Source: an uncultured Methanosarcinaceae archaeon (GTDB lineage: Archaea; Halobacteriota; Methanosarcinia; Methanosarcinales; Methanosarcinaceae). From it: a stretch of 64,000 bases of DNA. The DNA lies in contig CAVSHT010000005.1 in NCBI GenBank assembly GCA_963727895.1, positions 256,001 to 320,000 on the forward strand. The letters are read 5' to 3'. Numbering within the stretch: the first letter of the stretch is position 1; each line of letters begins with the position of its first letter. The notes under the pieces were generated by a model that did not search any database, was not told where the DNA came from, and was given only the letters and a program-made list of their open reading frames with translations. The position numbers and the translations under genes were made by a program. Positions 20,242 to 30,349 of the stretch are shown one piece after another.

Positions 20242-20426
20242 TTTATTACTATGGGAGTGCAGAGGGTCACGAATACCCCATCCTTTAGAGGCTGTCCGAC
20301 AATTATTGGTAGTAATAAAAAAGCGCTAAAAAGAAAGCAAATAAGACCTTTAAATCAAAAAAGAGAGAATTCTTTGATTACCGAAGGTAATTGTCGGACA
20401 GCCTCTTTAGGGTGGGGTGGCCTCAC
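20242..20426. repeat. IS200/IS605-end-like hairpin element, copy A, interrupted by IS1182-type MITE
   Basis: TTTATTACTATGGGAGTGCAGAGGGTCACGAATACCCCATCC-TTTA-[insert]-TTTA-GGGTGGGGTGGCCTCAC. Confidence 0.7.
20288..20405. mobile_element. 118-bp MITE with IS1182-type TIRs, 4-bp TSD TTTA
   Basis: Perfect TIR GAGGCTGTCCGACAATTA / TAATTGTCGGACAGCCTC; near-identical to 29425-29541; same TIR ends the IS1182 remnant at 46984. Confidence 0.9.
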
Positions 20427-20447
20427 GTAATTTGGTTTTTATTTTGT

Positions 20448-20522
20448 ACATAATATTCTTTAACATAATATTCTTTAACATAATATTCTTTAACATAATA
20501 TTCTTTAACATAATATTCTTTA
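20448..20522. repeat. 15-bp tandem repeat x5
   Basis: (ACATAATATTCTTTA)x5. Confidence 0.95.
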
Positions 20523-20687
20523 TTTTGTTTCAACAATTGAAAAGAATATTTATTGAAACAAATTCTTTACTATCAGGCGTAAAGAAAAAGTTTGATTATA
20601 AGCTCATCCTCAAATCTTTTTTCTTCTAAAATCCATAAAAATTTCAGATCCATATTCAATGAAAAGAAACTTGAGTAATCTTTCAAA

Positions 20688-20739
20688 TATTACCTAAAAA
20701 GTAATACTCCAACTATTACCTAAAAAGTAATACTCCAAC
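20688..20739. repeat. 26-bp tandem duplication
   Basis: (TATTACCTAAAAAGTAATACTCCAAC)x2. Confidence 0.9.
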
Positions 20740-20767
20740 TTTTCTTTTCATATTTATATGAAATTAT

Positions 20768-21507
20768 GGCATTGTTACTTAACTATATCTAGTTCTTTAT
20801 TTATGTATTTCATCAATAGAATAACCGAGTACTTTAGCATTTCAAGACTCTTCGTATAACACTTTGTCTTTCTTCTCAACCTTGCTAGAAAATGCCTCAA
20901 TATGCTGTTATATCCCTCAACTGTAAATGTTTCTGCTTTGGATTGAGTATGAATCGTTTCAGGAAGAAACTCTGCATATGCCCTCCAGTGATCGGTCATC
21001 ACTTCTCCAATCTCTTTTTTCTTCAATTTTGCCCAGAGTAGTTTTCCAGTTTCCGTTCCTCTGCTACCAAAAGAGCAGTTGATGAACTTTTTCCCAACTC
21101 TATCAACAGCAATCCAGATCCAACAATATTTTTTTTGTTACCGATGTAAGTGTGCATCTCATCCATTTCAACAATAGATATCTCATTTTCACTTTTTAGG
21201 TTCTCTAACTCCTGACCAAATTTCTTTATCCATTTTTGGACAGAGACATGACTTACCCCTAAAATTCTTCCTATTGAGCGAAAGCCCAATCCTTCAAGAT
21301 AAAGTTGTAAAGCCTGTCTTTTAACAGAGGCGGAAAAAGCAGTTGATTTTAGCTCTACTGTATAGTTATATCCACAATCAGAGCATTTGTACCGTTGACG
21401 CCCGCCAACTATACCATTCTTTTTGTGACTGGAACTATTACATTTTGGGCAGTTCATGAAGAAATATATGTTATAAGCATATATATCTATTTTTAATTAC
21501 CAATGCC
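20768..21507 (-). mobile_element. IS1-family element, copy 2 (insA/insB apparently intact; no clear TSD)
   Basis: TIRs; insA 21457-21023; A8 -1 frameshift site; insB open to 20775. Confidence 0.95.
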
Positions 21508-21815
21508 TAAATTTTTAAGCGAAAAAATATTTATAATTAAAGAAATTGTTCTTTTAAATTTAAAAATAAATATAATTAATTAGTATATAAATTTAGAACA
21601 AAATCGAAAGATAAATAATAGTCTTCTATAATTTTTATAAGCATTTACACAAAAGAATCTAATAGTTTTATATTATAATTCAATAAATATAATATCATTT
21701 GTTTATATTTATTGAACTCTATATTAAAAAACATTTACAGTTACAATTTCTACTCTAAAATCTCTACCTACAAACTGATTTATTTGAGGTTTTAAAAGCA
21801 AAACTGAGGCATAAG

Positions 21816-22667
21816 ATGGTAACAAAATATATTCAGTACATATTAGAAAACTGGACAAAAATAAGATTTTACATTATAGTCTTCACTTTTTTGCTTGTAC
21901 TGGATATATTTAGTTGTTATATTCTAGTGCATTCCAGTTCTTCTCTTTCATGGCCGAATAATACTGTCTATGTTGTTACAGATGGAAGAGGAAATTTTAA
22001 TTGTAATGGAAATAATGACCAGGTAGAAATAAACAAAGCTCTTGAATATGTCGCAGAAAATCCTCAGTTCACAACCGTTCACCTGAAAGGTCCAAACACA
22101 TACATTCTTTCCGATACTATTCTAATTGGAAATAATACCACCCTTGAAGGTGACCCTACAGCCGTAATAAAGCTTAAAGATAAAGCGGATTGGCCAGCTG
22201 CTAAACCTCTGATAACACAGATTAACAAAACCGGAGCCTATGGAATTACTATAAAAGGATTTGAAATCAATGGAAATCATGATAATAATTTAGATAGACC
22301 AAAGGGATACGGATATTACAATATGATCCATTTTCTCAATTCTACAGATATTCAAGTCCATGATATGTATATGCACGATGGGCATGGGGAAGGATTAAAA
22401 GTAGACAATAGTTACAATATTCAGTTTTATAATAATAGTATATATAAAACGGGGCACAATGGTCTTTTTGATGAAAATTGCCAGAATGTAGATGTCTGGA
22501 ACAACACAATAACTGTCAGGACTGACAGTGGTTTTAGAAATAGAAACTCAAACCATGTAAAAATTCATGATAATAATATAACTTCCTTTTCTGACTGGAG
22601 TGCAGGTGGCGCTGGAATTCTGATTGAGAAAACAACAGGCATTGTTAACGACATTGAAGTATATAAT
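21816..22667 (+). pseudogene. Right-handed beta-helix (disaggregatase-related) surface protein, 3' part lost at an IS1 fragment
   Basis: VYVVTDGRGNFNCNGNNDQVEINKAL...VHLKGPNTY; paralogous to N-terminus of 28752-26083; sequence becomes IS1 at 22668. Confidence 0.85.
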
Positions 22668-23010
22668 ATTTCAACAATAGATATCTCATTTTCACTTTTT
22701 AGGTCCTCTAACTCCTGACCAAATTTCTTTATCCATCTTTGGACAGAAACATGACTCACCCCTAAAAATCTTCCTATTGAACGAAAGCCCAATCCTTCAA
22801 GGTAAAGTTGTAAAGCCTGTATTTTAACAGAAGCGGAAAAAGCAGTTGATTTTAGCTCTACTGTATAGTTATATCCACAATCATGACATTTGTAGCGTTG
22901 ACGCCCACCAACTATACCATTATTTTTGTGACTGGAACTATTGCATCTGGGGCAGTTCATGAAGAAATATACTTTCTAATAGTATATAACTATGTTTAAG
23001 TATCAATGAC
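22668..23010 (-). mobile_element. IS1-family element, copy 3 (left half only)
   Basis: Left TIR GTCATTGATAC at 23010; insA up to ISIVE; insB and right TIR absent. Confidence 0.93.
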
Positions 23011-23218
23011 AAAAATAGATCTCCATGAGACACCTCTACATGTATTGATTTTTCAAATACGTTATCATACTTAAATGGACTATTCCTCAAGTACATAGTA
23101 TAAAATTAGAAAAGGCCAAGCTAGCATGTTTTAATTTTGTAATTTTTTAAGTTATAAATATAAAAAGTCAAAACATCTGAAAAGAAAATAAATATGAAAG
23201 TTAACTGAATTTATTTTC

Positions 23219-24310
23219 TTACCAGACGCTGTTATTTTTTAAAGTTGCCAAAACATTTGTAAATTCATTACTAAATCTGCATTTCTCAAAGTCTGGAGAA
23301 TTCAAGATATTTCTCTTTATTTCCTGCAGTCCAATCAAGAGATTTATGTCATCAGTATACTCAAATCCTTCATCAGATGCGGTGAGATTTTCTGAAAGAA
23401 TTTCAAGAAGCTGAGGATCAAGGTCATTTGTAATATAAGTGTCCAGAATCAGAAGATCTGAAATTCTCTTATAGAAATCAATGAGTTCCTGGTAACTGGG
23501 TATAGGATAGGCTTTTGCCATCTGTTTTTGTCTGTTCAGGTAAATTAGATAACGTGAGATTATGCTTATAATGTTTTCAGTAATCTCTTTTTTAGGGAAT
23601 GCTATTGGGAATCTTTTCAGCATTTGTGAATTAAGGCTAACAGTATCACGTGCTCTATTATGATTCAATACCTCAGGAAATGCCCTTGATATTGAAGAAT
23701 TGAGTACAGCAGTAACATAATGATAGAGTGTAGGGTCTCCAAGAACTACTCCTACTCCATTTGCAAAGACGTGTTTTCCAGTCATGTCGTAAAAAGCATG
23801 CAAACGGGAGTCACTGGTGACTATTATTTTTGGTGTATTTACATAATGCAGGAAACTTTCGTTCTCAAATCGGTAATCGGCAGAAATAAGTTCCTGTTTT
23901 TCAACTTCGGATTGCTGTCTAATTTCCATTAGCTGTTTATAAGCTACGGGAAACTTTGCTTTTAGTTCCTCTGGCTGAAATATTCTGTATTCTTTCCTTA
24001 TGCTGTTATCGAGAATTTCATAAGGTAACATAAACTGATACTGAGTTGACTGTACTGCAAATTCATTTGAAAATGAGCCGTCTACATAAGGATACATTAG
24101 TTCTTTTTCTATGCTTATCTGTTCTATGCTTGCACTCATCGAGTCCCTGCGAATGCAGGATGTATCTGTGCAGCTATCTCTAGAAAGGCCAGCTTTTTGC
24201 AAAAAATCATTTTTGGGGGGTACACCTTCAAAGACTTCTATTGAGATATCTTCAAGGGTTCGATTGATCTTGCTCAGCCTTTCTACAATATAGGCCTTAT
24301 TCCATAACAT
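23219..24310 (-). CDS. Stand-alone TaqI-like C-terminal specificity domain protein (no methyltransferase motifs seen)
   Basis: YPVAY-like KFPVAYKQL, PKIIV, YVTAVLNSS, LKRFPI segments typical of type IIG/methyltransferase C-termini. Confidence 0.6.
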   Translation of the reverse strand: MLWNKAYIVERLSKINRTLEDISIEVFEGVPPKNDFLQKAGLSRDSCTDTSCIRRDSMSASIEQISIEKELMYPYVDGSFSNEFAVQSTQYQFMLPYEILDNSIRKEYRIFQPEELKAKFPVAYKQLMEIRQQSEVEKQELISADYRFENESFLHYVNTPKIIVTSDSRLHAFYDMTGKHVFANGVGVVLGDPTLYHYVTAVLNSSISRAFPEVLNHNRARDTVSLNSQMLKRFPIAFPKKEITENIISIISRYLIYLNRQKQMAKAYPIPSYQELIDFYKRISDLLILDTYITNDLDPQLLEILSENLTASDEGFEYTDDINLLIGLQEIKRNILNSPDFEKCRFSNEFTNVLATLKNNSVW

Positions 24311-24599
24311 ATATTCACTTCTTTTTTATATATAGGAAATTCTGGGTAAAATAATTTCTTTGTCGGTTGGATGCTCAAAAATTATTTTTTAATTTTTAGA
24401 GGAATCTTATTTTAACACCTAAGAATTACCATATCAAATACTTTGAATCTACCTCTTAATATAATAATGTATCTATAATAGCGGTTAACAATTAAAAAAG
24501 GATATTTATATAAACGATCAATAAGAGTCGATGATATTAATTAAATAATTTCTCCCATACAAAATGAGTTTTTTGGAGATTAAAGAAAAAATGTGAGGT

Positions 24600-25888
24600 T
24601 TACAAACTAGAAATGACTTTTAATGTCATTCTTGCATTTTCCAGCATATTATAGTCGTTATTAAAATAAATGTAAACCTTTTTAGGTCCCAATATACAGA
24701 TTTTCCTGATGGTTTCGCTAATTTCTGCCTGGGAATAGTTATAACTGTACCATTCTTCTCTCCCATGCATCCGCATATAACAGTTTTCCGGAGAATATAT
24801 GGTTTATGTAATCCGTTGAGTCTATAGACACAAGGATCACTTTTTTCATATACATGCTTCATCATTTCCAAGAAGTTTTTCATTCCTGATATAGAAAGCA
24901 AAACCTTTCTCCAAGTTTTGCAGCTTCTGCAAACCTGAATACCCTTGAAACATCATCGAATTTGAGAGGACACTTGAAATAGGTAAAAATCAACTAGATG
25001 ATCCATTGGCCTGAAAAGTTTCAGAAAACTTCCAGGATCTCAAGGGAACTTTCATGAAGCTGATGCCAGTGAGTTATAGACCTGTGGACCTTTATGCTTC
25101 ACCTGAGTTTTTTTCTTTTCTGTTCCAGCCTTCAACTTGGTCATACGACGGAAATCTATAATTGGTATTGTTAACTAAACATAGTTAACTCTTTATTTCT
25201 GTATTTCATCAATAGAATAACCTAGTACTTTAGCATTTCAAGACTTTTTTATAACACTTTGTCTTTCTTCTCAATCTTGCCAGAAAATGCTTCAATATGC
25301 TGTTATATCCTTCAACAGTATACGTTTTTGCTTTGGATTGAGTATGGATCTTTTCTGGAAGAAACTCTGCATATGCCCTCCAGTGATCTGTCATCACTTC
25401 TCCAATCTCTTTTTTCTTCAATTTTTCCCAGAGTAGTTTTCCAGTTTCTGTTCCTCTGCTACCAAAAGAGCAGTTGATAAACTTTTTCCCAACTCTATCA
25501 ACAGCAATCCAGATCCAGCAATATTTTTTTTGTTACCGATGTAAGTGTGCATCTTTGGACAGAAACATGACTTACCCCTAAAACTCTTCCTATTGAACGA
25601 AAGCCCAATCCTTCAACATAGAGTTGTAAAGCCTGTCTTTTTACAGAAGCGGAAAAAGCAGTTGATTTTAGCTCTACTGTATAGTTATATCCACAATCAT
25701 GGCATTTGTAGCGTTGACGCCCACCAACTATACCGTTCTTTTTGTGACTGGAACTATTGCATCTGGGGCAGTTAATGAAGAAATAGAGGTTCTCATAATA
25801 AATAACTATAGTTAATTAGCAAAGCCCTATAATTTTCTTTTTATTCCAATCATAGTACCACCCCACTTGTGCCTACAAAATAATCCAT
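24600..25888 (-). pseudogene. DUF72-family gene interrupted by IS1 copy 4 and frameshifted
   Basis: MDYFVGTSG..YDW at 25888; YRFP, IKVHRSITH, KVYIYFNNDYNMLENAR on the other side of the IS. Confidence 0.8.
25164..25826 (-). mobile_element. IS1-family element, copy 4 (internal deletion ~70 bp, ATG->ATT), perfect 8-bp TSD
   Basis: CTATAATT at 25156-25163 and 25827-25834; TIRs GGTATTGTTAAC / GCAAAGCC. Confidence 0.95.
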
Positions 25889-25943
25889 ACAGTTCTCTAA
25901 TATAATAATACCAGATCTATTCTCATTTCATGATTAGAAAGTT

Positions 25944-25975
25944 AGGCAGTTCACATCCTTATCAATGAACTGCCT
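25944..25975. terminator. Hairpin downstream of PKD surface-protein gene
   Basis: AGGCAGTTCA-N12-TGAACTGCCT. Confidence 0.4.
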
Positions 25976-26082
25976 CCCATTCTTGCTTTTCTAGTTGTTT
26001 ATCATTAAAGCAAGCAACTAGAGCTCCCAATAATTTACTGTAGACAACTTACCTCATTTATTGGTTTTTATGACTGACAAGA

Positions 26083-28752
26083 TCACCTTGCAACCAGTAC
26101 TATCTTGCTTGCTGTACTTGATTTCCCGCTATTAGTTGCAGTTAATTTCACAGTAAAAATTCCTATTGTTTTATATGTATGACTTGGGTTTGACTCAGTG
26201 GTTGTCGGACTATTGTCTCCAAAGTCCCACTTTAATGAAGTTGTATTTGTGGATGTATCTGTGAACTTAACTGTGAGAGGAACATGCCCAATCTGAGGTA
26301 CTGCTGTAAAACTTGCTGTTGGCAACCCAGTTATTGCAGTGACAGTTATTGCCTTACTTATAGTATTGGTACCATCTGTATTGCTTACAGTCAGATTAGT
26401 TATGTAATTCCCTGCAGTATTATAGGTGTGTGTTGAATTTGTATCGGTAGATGTGGAACCATCACCAAATTCCCAGTTCCATTTATTTGGATCGTTACTG
26501 GATGTATCATTAAACTGAACCATGAGCGATCCAATCTGTGTTGCAGTAAAGTTTGCAACTGGGGGTGTTGGTACACGGTTTACTGTAATATTCATTGATT
26601 TTACACCGCTTGAACCGTCACTATTTTTTGCAACCAGTGTAACCTTGTAAACACCGACTCCGCTGAATGTATGTTCAGGATTCTTAACTGTTGATGTTTG
26701 ACTATCTCCAAAATTCCATTCCCACTTAGTTGGACTATTAGTGGATGTATCAGTAAACTTCACATTAAGAGGAGTTGTTCCTTCTGTCGTATTTGCAGTA
26801 AAGTTTGCAACTGGTGGCGTTGGTGCACGGTTTACAGTTATATTTATAGATTTAATATTGCTTGAACCGTCACCATTTACTGCAATAAGAGTAACATTGT
26901 AAACACCTACTTCATTAAATGTGTGTTCAGGATTCTGAACTGTAGATGTCTGACTATCTCCAAAATTCCAGTTCCATTTAGTTGGTTTGTTGGTGGATGT
27001 GTCAGTAAATTTCACAGTAAGAGGAGTTGTTCCTTCAGTCTTGTCTGCAGTGAAGCTTGCAACCGGTGGTGTCAGCATACTGTTGACGGTGATAACCATT
27101 AACCTTGCATCACTTGAAACGCCAGCGTTTGTTGCAACTAAGGTAACATTGTATGTTCCTTCCTTACTGAATACATGTACAGGATTTTGCTCGGTTGAAT
27201 TGGTTCCATCTCCAAAGTTCCATTCCCATTTGACTGGATTATTTGTAGACATATCAGTAAACTTAACAGTAAGGGCTGCAGTAAAGTATGCATCTGGGGA
27301 TTTTAATTCTGATTTCGAAGCATAGACAGTATTTCCATCTGGACCTATGTTAATCCTATTTCCATTAGGGTCTGGTTCATTAGAATAATCCGATAAAGGA
27401 TCTCCGGCATCGATACATGGAGAACTTATACTGTCATTTTCCCAACTACTTTCATTCCAACGTCCTGTTTTTGATTTTAAATGATAATCATGATTGTTTC
27501 TGTCTGCATACTGTGGATCTGCCAATATATCTGTAGCTGACGCGCTTACATTTGAATAATCGCTTCCAGAATTATTATATAAACAGTTATTATTTAAAAC
27601 AAAAGAGTGCGTATTTGTGAGTAAATTTGATATGCCAGATCCATTTCCTCCGGCTGATGAATTTTGAGTGTTTGTTATAATGTTATTTTTTACTGTAATT
27701 ACATATCCAGAGCCATCCAAAGATGAAGAAGAATACACATTTTTTTGTGCAATGGCAGATCCATAAGCTCCATCAATCACATTATTTTCAATAGTAGCAT
27801 TGAATCCATCGGACACGATTCCCCCTATTTCGTTACGGTTGGAGGCAATCCCGGTATCATAAATCTTGTTATGGTGAACGTGGACATTTGTCGAGGAATT
27901 TACATAAGATCCTGATCCAAAAATCCAGATTCCAGAAAGCATAGTCCTGTATATCGTGTTATTATATACTTCAATATTGTCCATTTTATAATCTGTTCCT
28001 GCTTTCTGAATTTCGATTCCTGCACCTCCAGAACCTTCAGATGTGATATTATTGTTGTAAAAAGTCACATTATTTGTGTTGTAAACTCTTAGTCCACTGT
28101 TTATTCTGCATATTATCTTATTGTTGTAAGCCTCAACATCTGAACATTTAATGGTTGATAGAACATCATGTCCGAGTAAATGTGCCCCATTGTCATGGAA
28201 TTTTATGTTAGAACTCCTATTAACTCTTAGACCATCTCCATGGCTATTAGTCATGTACATATTACTTACATCAATATTTTGACAATTACTCAAGTAAATA
28301 AAATTGTAGTAACTTTTTCCACTAGTAACGTCATCGTTTCCTTCGCGGTTTCCATCAATAGTAAAATTTTTGATAGTAATATTATGGTTTCCATCGCTAT
28401 TCATTTGTGTAATTAAAGGCTTGTCTACCGGCCAACCTGCATGATCAGCTAGTTTAATTACGGAATTGGGGTCGCCTTCAAGAGTGGTATTATTACCAAT
28501 TAGAAGTGTATCATTAACAACATATGTGAATGGCCCTTTAAGGAAAACAGTTGTATATTCGGGATTAGTTGCCACAAACTCTAGGGCCTGATTTATCTGT
28601 ACGTTATCATTTGTTCCAGTACAATTAAAATCACCATTACCATTCCCAGAAACGTATACTATCGGTGCATATGTTGTACACATAACAGTAGGAATGTTCA
28701 TTAGTATGAATAGACATACAAGAAAAGAAAACAAAAGCTTTCGACTTTTCAT
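26083..28752 (-). CDS. Secreted/cell-surface protein: signal peptide, beta-helix domain, five PKD domains
   Basis: MKSRKLLFSFLVCLF signal; SPCIDAGDP linker; five W.FGD PKD motifs. Confidence 0.93.
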   Translation of the reverse strand: MKSRKLLFSFLVCLFILMNIPTVMCTTYAPIVYVSGNGNGDFNCTGTNDNVQINQALEFVATNPEYTTVFLKGPFTYVVNDTLLIGNNTTLEGDPNSVIKLADHAGWPVDKPLITQMNSDGNHNITIKNFTIDGNREGNDDVTSGKSYYNFIYLSNCQNIDVSNMYMTNSHGDGLRVNRSSNIKFHDNGAHLLGHDVLSTIKCSDVEAYNNKIICRINSGLRVYNTNNVTFYNNNITSEGSGGAGIEIQKAGTDYKMDNIEVYNNTIYRTMLSGIWIFGSGSYVNSSTNVHVHHNKIYDTGIASNRNEIGGIVSDGFNATIENNVIDGAYGSAIAQKNVYSSSSLDGSGYVITVKNNIITNTQNSSAGGNGSGISNLLTNTHSFVLNNNCLYNNSGSDYSNVSASATDILADPQYADRNNHDYHLKSKTGRWNESSWENDSISSPCIDAGDPLSDYSNEPDPNGNRINIGPDGNTVYASKSELKSPDAYFTAALTVKFTDMSTNNPVKWEWNFGDGTNSTEQNPVHVFSKEGTYNVTLVATNAGVSSDARLMVITVNSMLTPPVASFTADKTEGTTPLTVKFTDTSTNKPTKWNWNFGDSQTSTVQNPEHTFNEVGVYNVTLIAVNGDGSSNIKSINITVNRAPTPPVANFTANTTEGTTPLNVKFTDTSTNSPTKWEWNFGDSQTSTVKNPEHTFSGVGVYKVTLVAKNSDGSSGVKSMNITVNRVPTPPVANFTATQIGSLMVQFNDTSSNDPNKWNWEFGDGSTSTDTNSTHTYNTAGNYITNLTVSNTDGTNTISKAITVTAITGLPTASFTAVPQIGHVPLTVKFTDTSTNTTSLKWDFGDNSPTTTESNPSHTYKTIGIFTVKLTATNSGKSSTASKIVLVAR

Positions 28753-29378
28753 TTATTTACCTCTGTTATTGATTATTTGATGTAAAAAATATTTGGAATA
28801 TGTTGGGTTACTTAGTTTACAATCAATAATGTCTCAATAGGGGGCATAATTTCTTAAATATATTAAACTGTAATGTGGGTTTTAAGTTAGTTTCTGTGAT
28901 ATTGTAAATTTGAACTAAGAGCACATTCCAAAAATCAAAATCTGTTTTTGAACTTTGTTTTTCGATAATCAATCAAGTTCATAGTCCTGAAACTAATATT
29001 CTGAAACCTCTTGACGATAAAGAACAAAGGTGGTTTCTGGAAGGTCAGATAGGATAACTCTTCATGAATATCACTGCAATGTGAAAGAAAAAATGCCCTC
29101 AAACAATATAAAAATTTTGATTTAGTGCTAAAAACAAAATTGAATTGATTTGAGGGATAAATCAAAAAATGTTAATAAACAAAATCAAAATCTTGGAAGG
29201 TTGGGTTTATACTTTCAATCCATAAAGTTAAAAAAGTAATAGCCAATGTTGAGACCAACTCCTATAATAATAGTCAACATTTTCAATCATATTATGTATC
29301 ATATGAATATTTTCCTAACCACAAATAATATTATAATTTTATTAGAAAATCATGACTTAAAGTATGTTTTCAATTTTC

Positions 29379-29588
29379 TTTATTACTATGGGAGCGCAGA
29401 GGGTCACGAATACCCTGACCTTTAGAGGCTGTCCGACAATTTATTGGTAGTAATAAAAAAGCGCTAAAAAGAAAGCAAATAAGACCTTTAAATATAAAAA
29501 GAGAATTCTTTGATTACCGAAGGTAATTGTCGGACAGCCTCTTTAGGTCGGGGATGAAATGAACCCTCTGCACTCCCATAGTAATAAA
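29379..29588. repeat. Palindromic IS200/IS605-end-like element, copy B, interrupted by IS1182-type MITE
   Basis: 26-bp arms TTTATTACTATGGGAGCGCAGAGGGT / ACCCTCTGCACTCCCATAGTAATAAA (1 mismatch) around CCCTGACC-TTTA-GGTCGGGG. Confidence 0.8.
29425..29541. mobile_element. 117-bp MITE with IS1182-type TIRs, TSD TTTA
   Basis: GAGGCTGTCCGACAATT ... AATTGTCGGACAGCCTC; TTTA at 29421-29424 and 29542-29545. Confidence 0.9.
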
Positions 29589-30002
29589 CTTTATTTGAGA
29601 TTTAATATCAAATAAAACATAAAAATTAGAGGTTTGATACTTATTAGGACTTATTAAGGAGTTATATGCCAAAAAATACCATATATCTTTTTTCGATTTT
29701 TCGATTTATAGAAGAAATTAAAAAATGGCTGAAAGGTAGTGTATCAAATGTTCTGTAAATCCAAAGTCAAATTTTTAGATACTGAGCATAATTCAGTTCT
29801 TTTAACATTGAATTCTCAAGCTAGCAACTAAGTATGATTTATAATTTATAATTTTGTATATATATATTGAAACAATACTAATAATCAGATTGACAGAATA
29901 ATTAAATGAAAAATTAGTAAGAAAAAATCATAAAATTAAGGTTTCAACATTATTTTTTTAGATCTATTCTTTTAGATACTCTAAGAGTTTATTTATCTTC
30001 TT

Positions 30003-30161
30003 TTATTCATTCTTCAGTTTCATTGGCTCTCCACAACAGTCAATATCCCCGACACATCCTATACTGCAGCTATCGCCTTTGCACTCATTTATCACTTTAA
30101 ATTCAAGCCCGCATCTCTCACAAACAAGAGTTTGACCATCCCTCAGTTCTCTATAGTTCAT
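30003..30161 (-). CDS. 52-aa desulforedoxin-like Cys-rich protein (not in ORF track)
   Basis: MNYRELRDGQTLVCERCGLEFKVINECKGDSCSIGCVGDIDCCGEPMKLKNE; CxxC...CCGxxM; GAGGTGA RBS. Confidence 0.75.
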   Translation of the reverse strand: MNYRELRDGQTLVCERCGLEFKVINECKGDSCSIGCVGDIDCCGEPMKLKNE

Positions 30162-30349
30162 TCCATATCACCTCACAATACAATATAGAAAAAGTATGTA
30201 ATTCAGGTTCAAATTACTTATGAAACAATAATTTTGAAGAGTAATTTTAAAGATTGACTGATTTGTGAGCTTAATACAAATAGAAAGATTAAGGGACAGA
30301 AAGAATATATAAATTCGTGAACAGGGCTCTAAGCCGAAATAAGGGCATA

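Noticed and set aside
20448..20522. Tandem arrays (also 34893, 45239, 56148) as CRISPR arrays
   Set aside because: Units are directly adjacent with no unique spacers, and no cas genes are present.
20230..20629. ORFs 20230-20430 and 20417-20629
   Set aside because: Read through the hairpin/MITE composite and the 15-bp repeat (NIIFF repeats).
22638..22649. GGCATTGTTAAC as the missing right TIR of IS1 copy 3
   Set aside because: It reads in frame as TGIVNDIEVYN, matching the paralog's DNIEVYN; probably coincidental.
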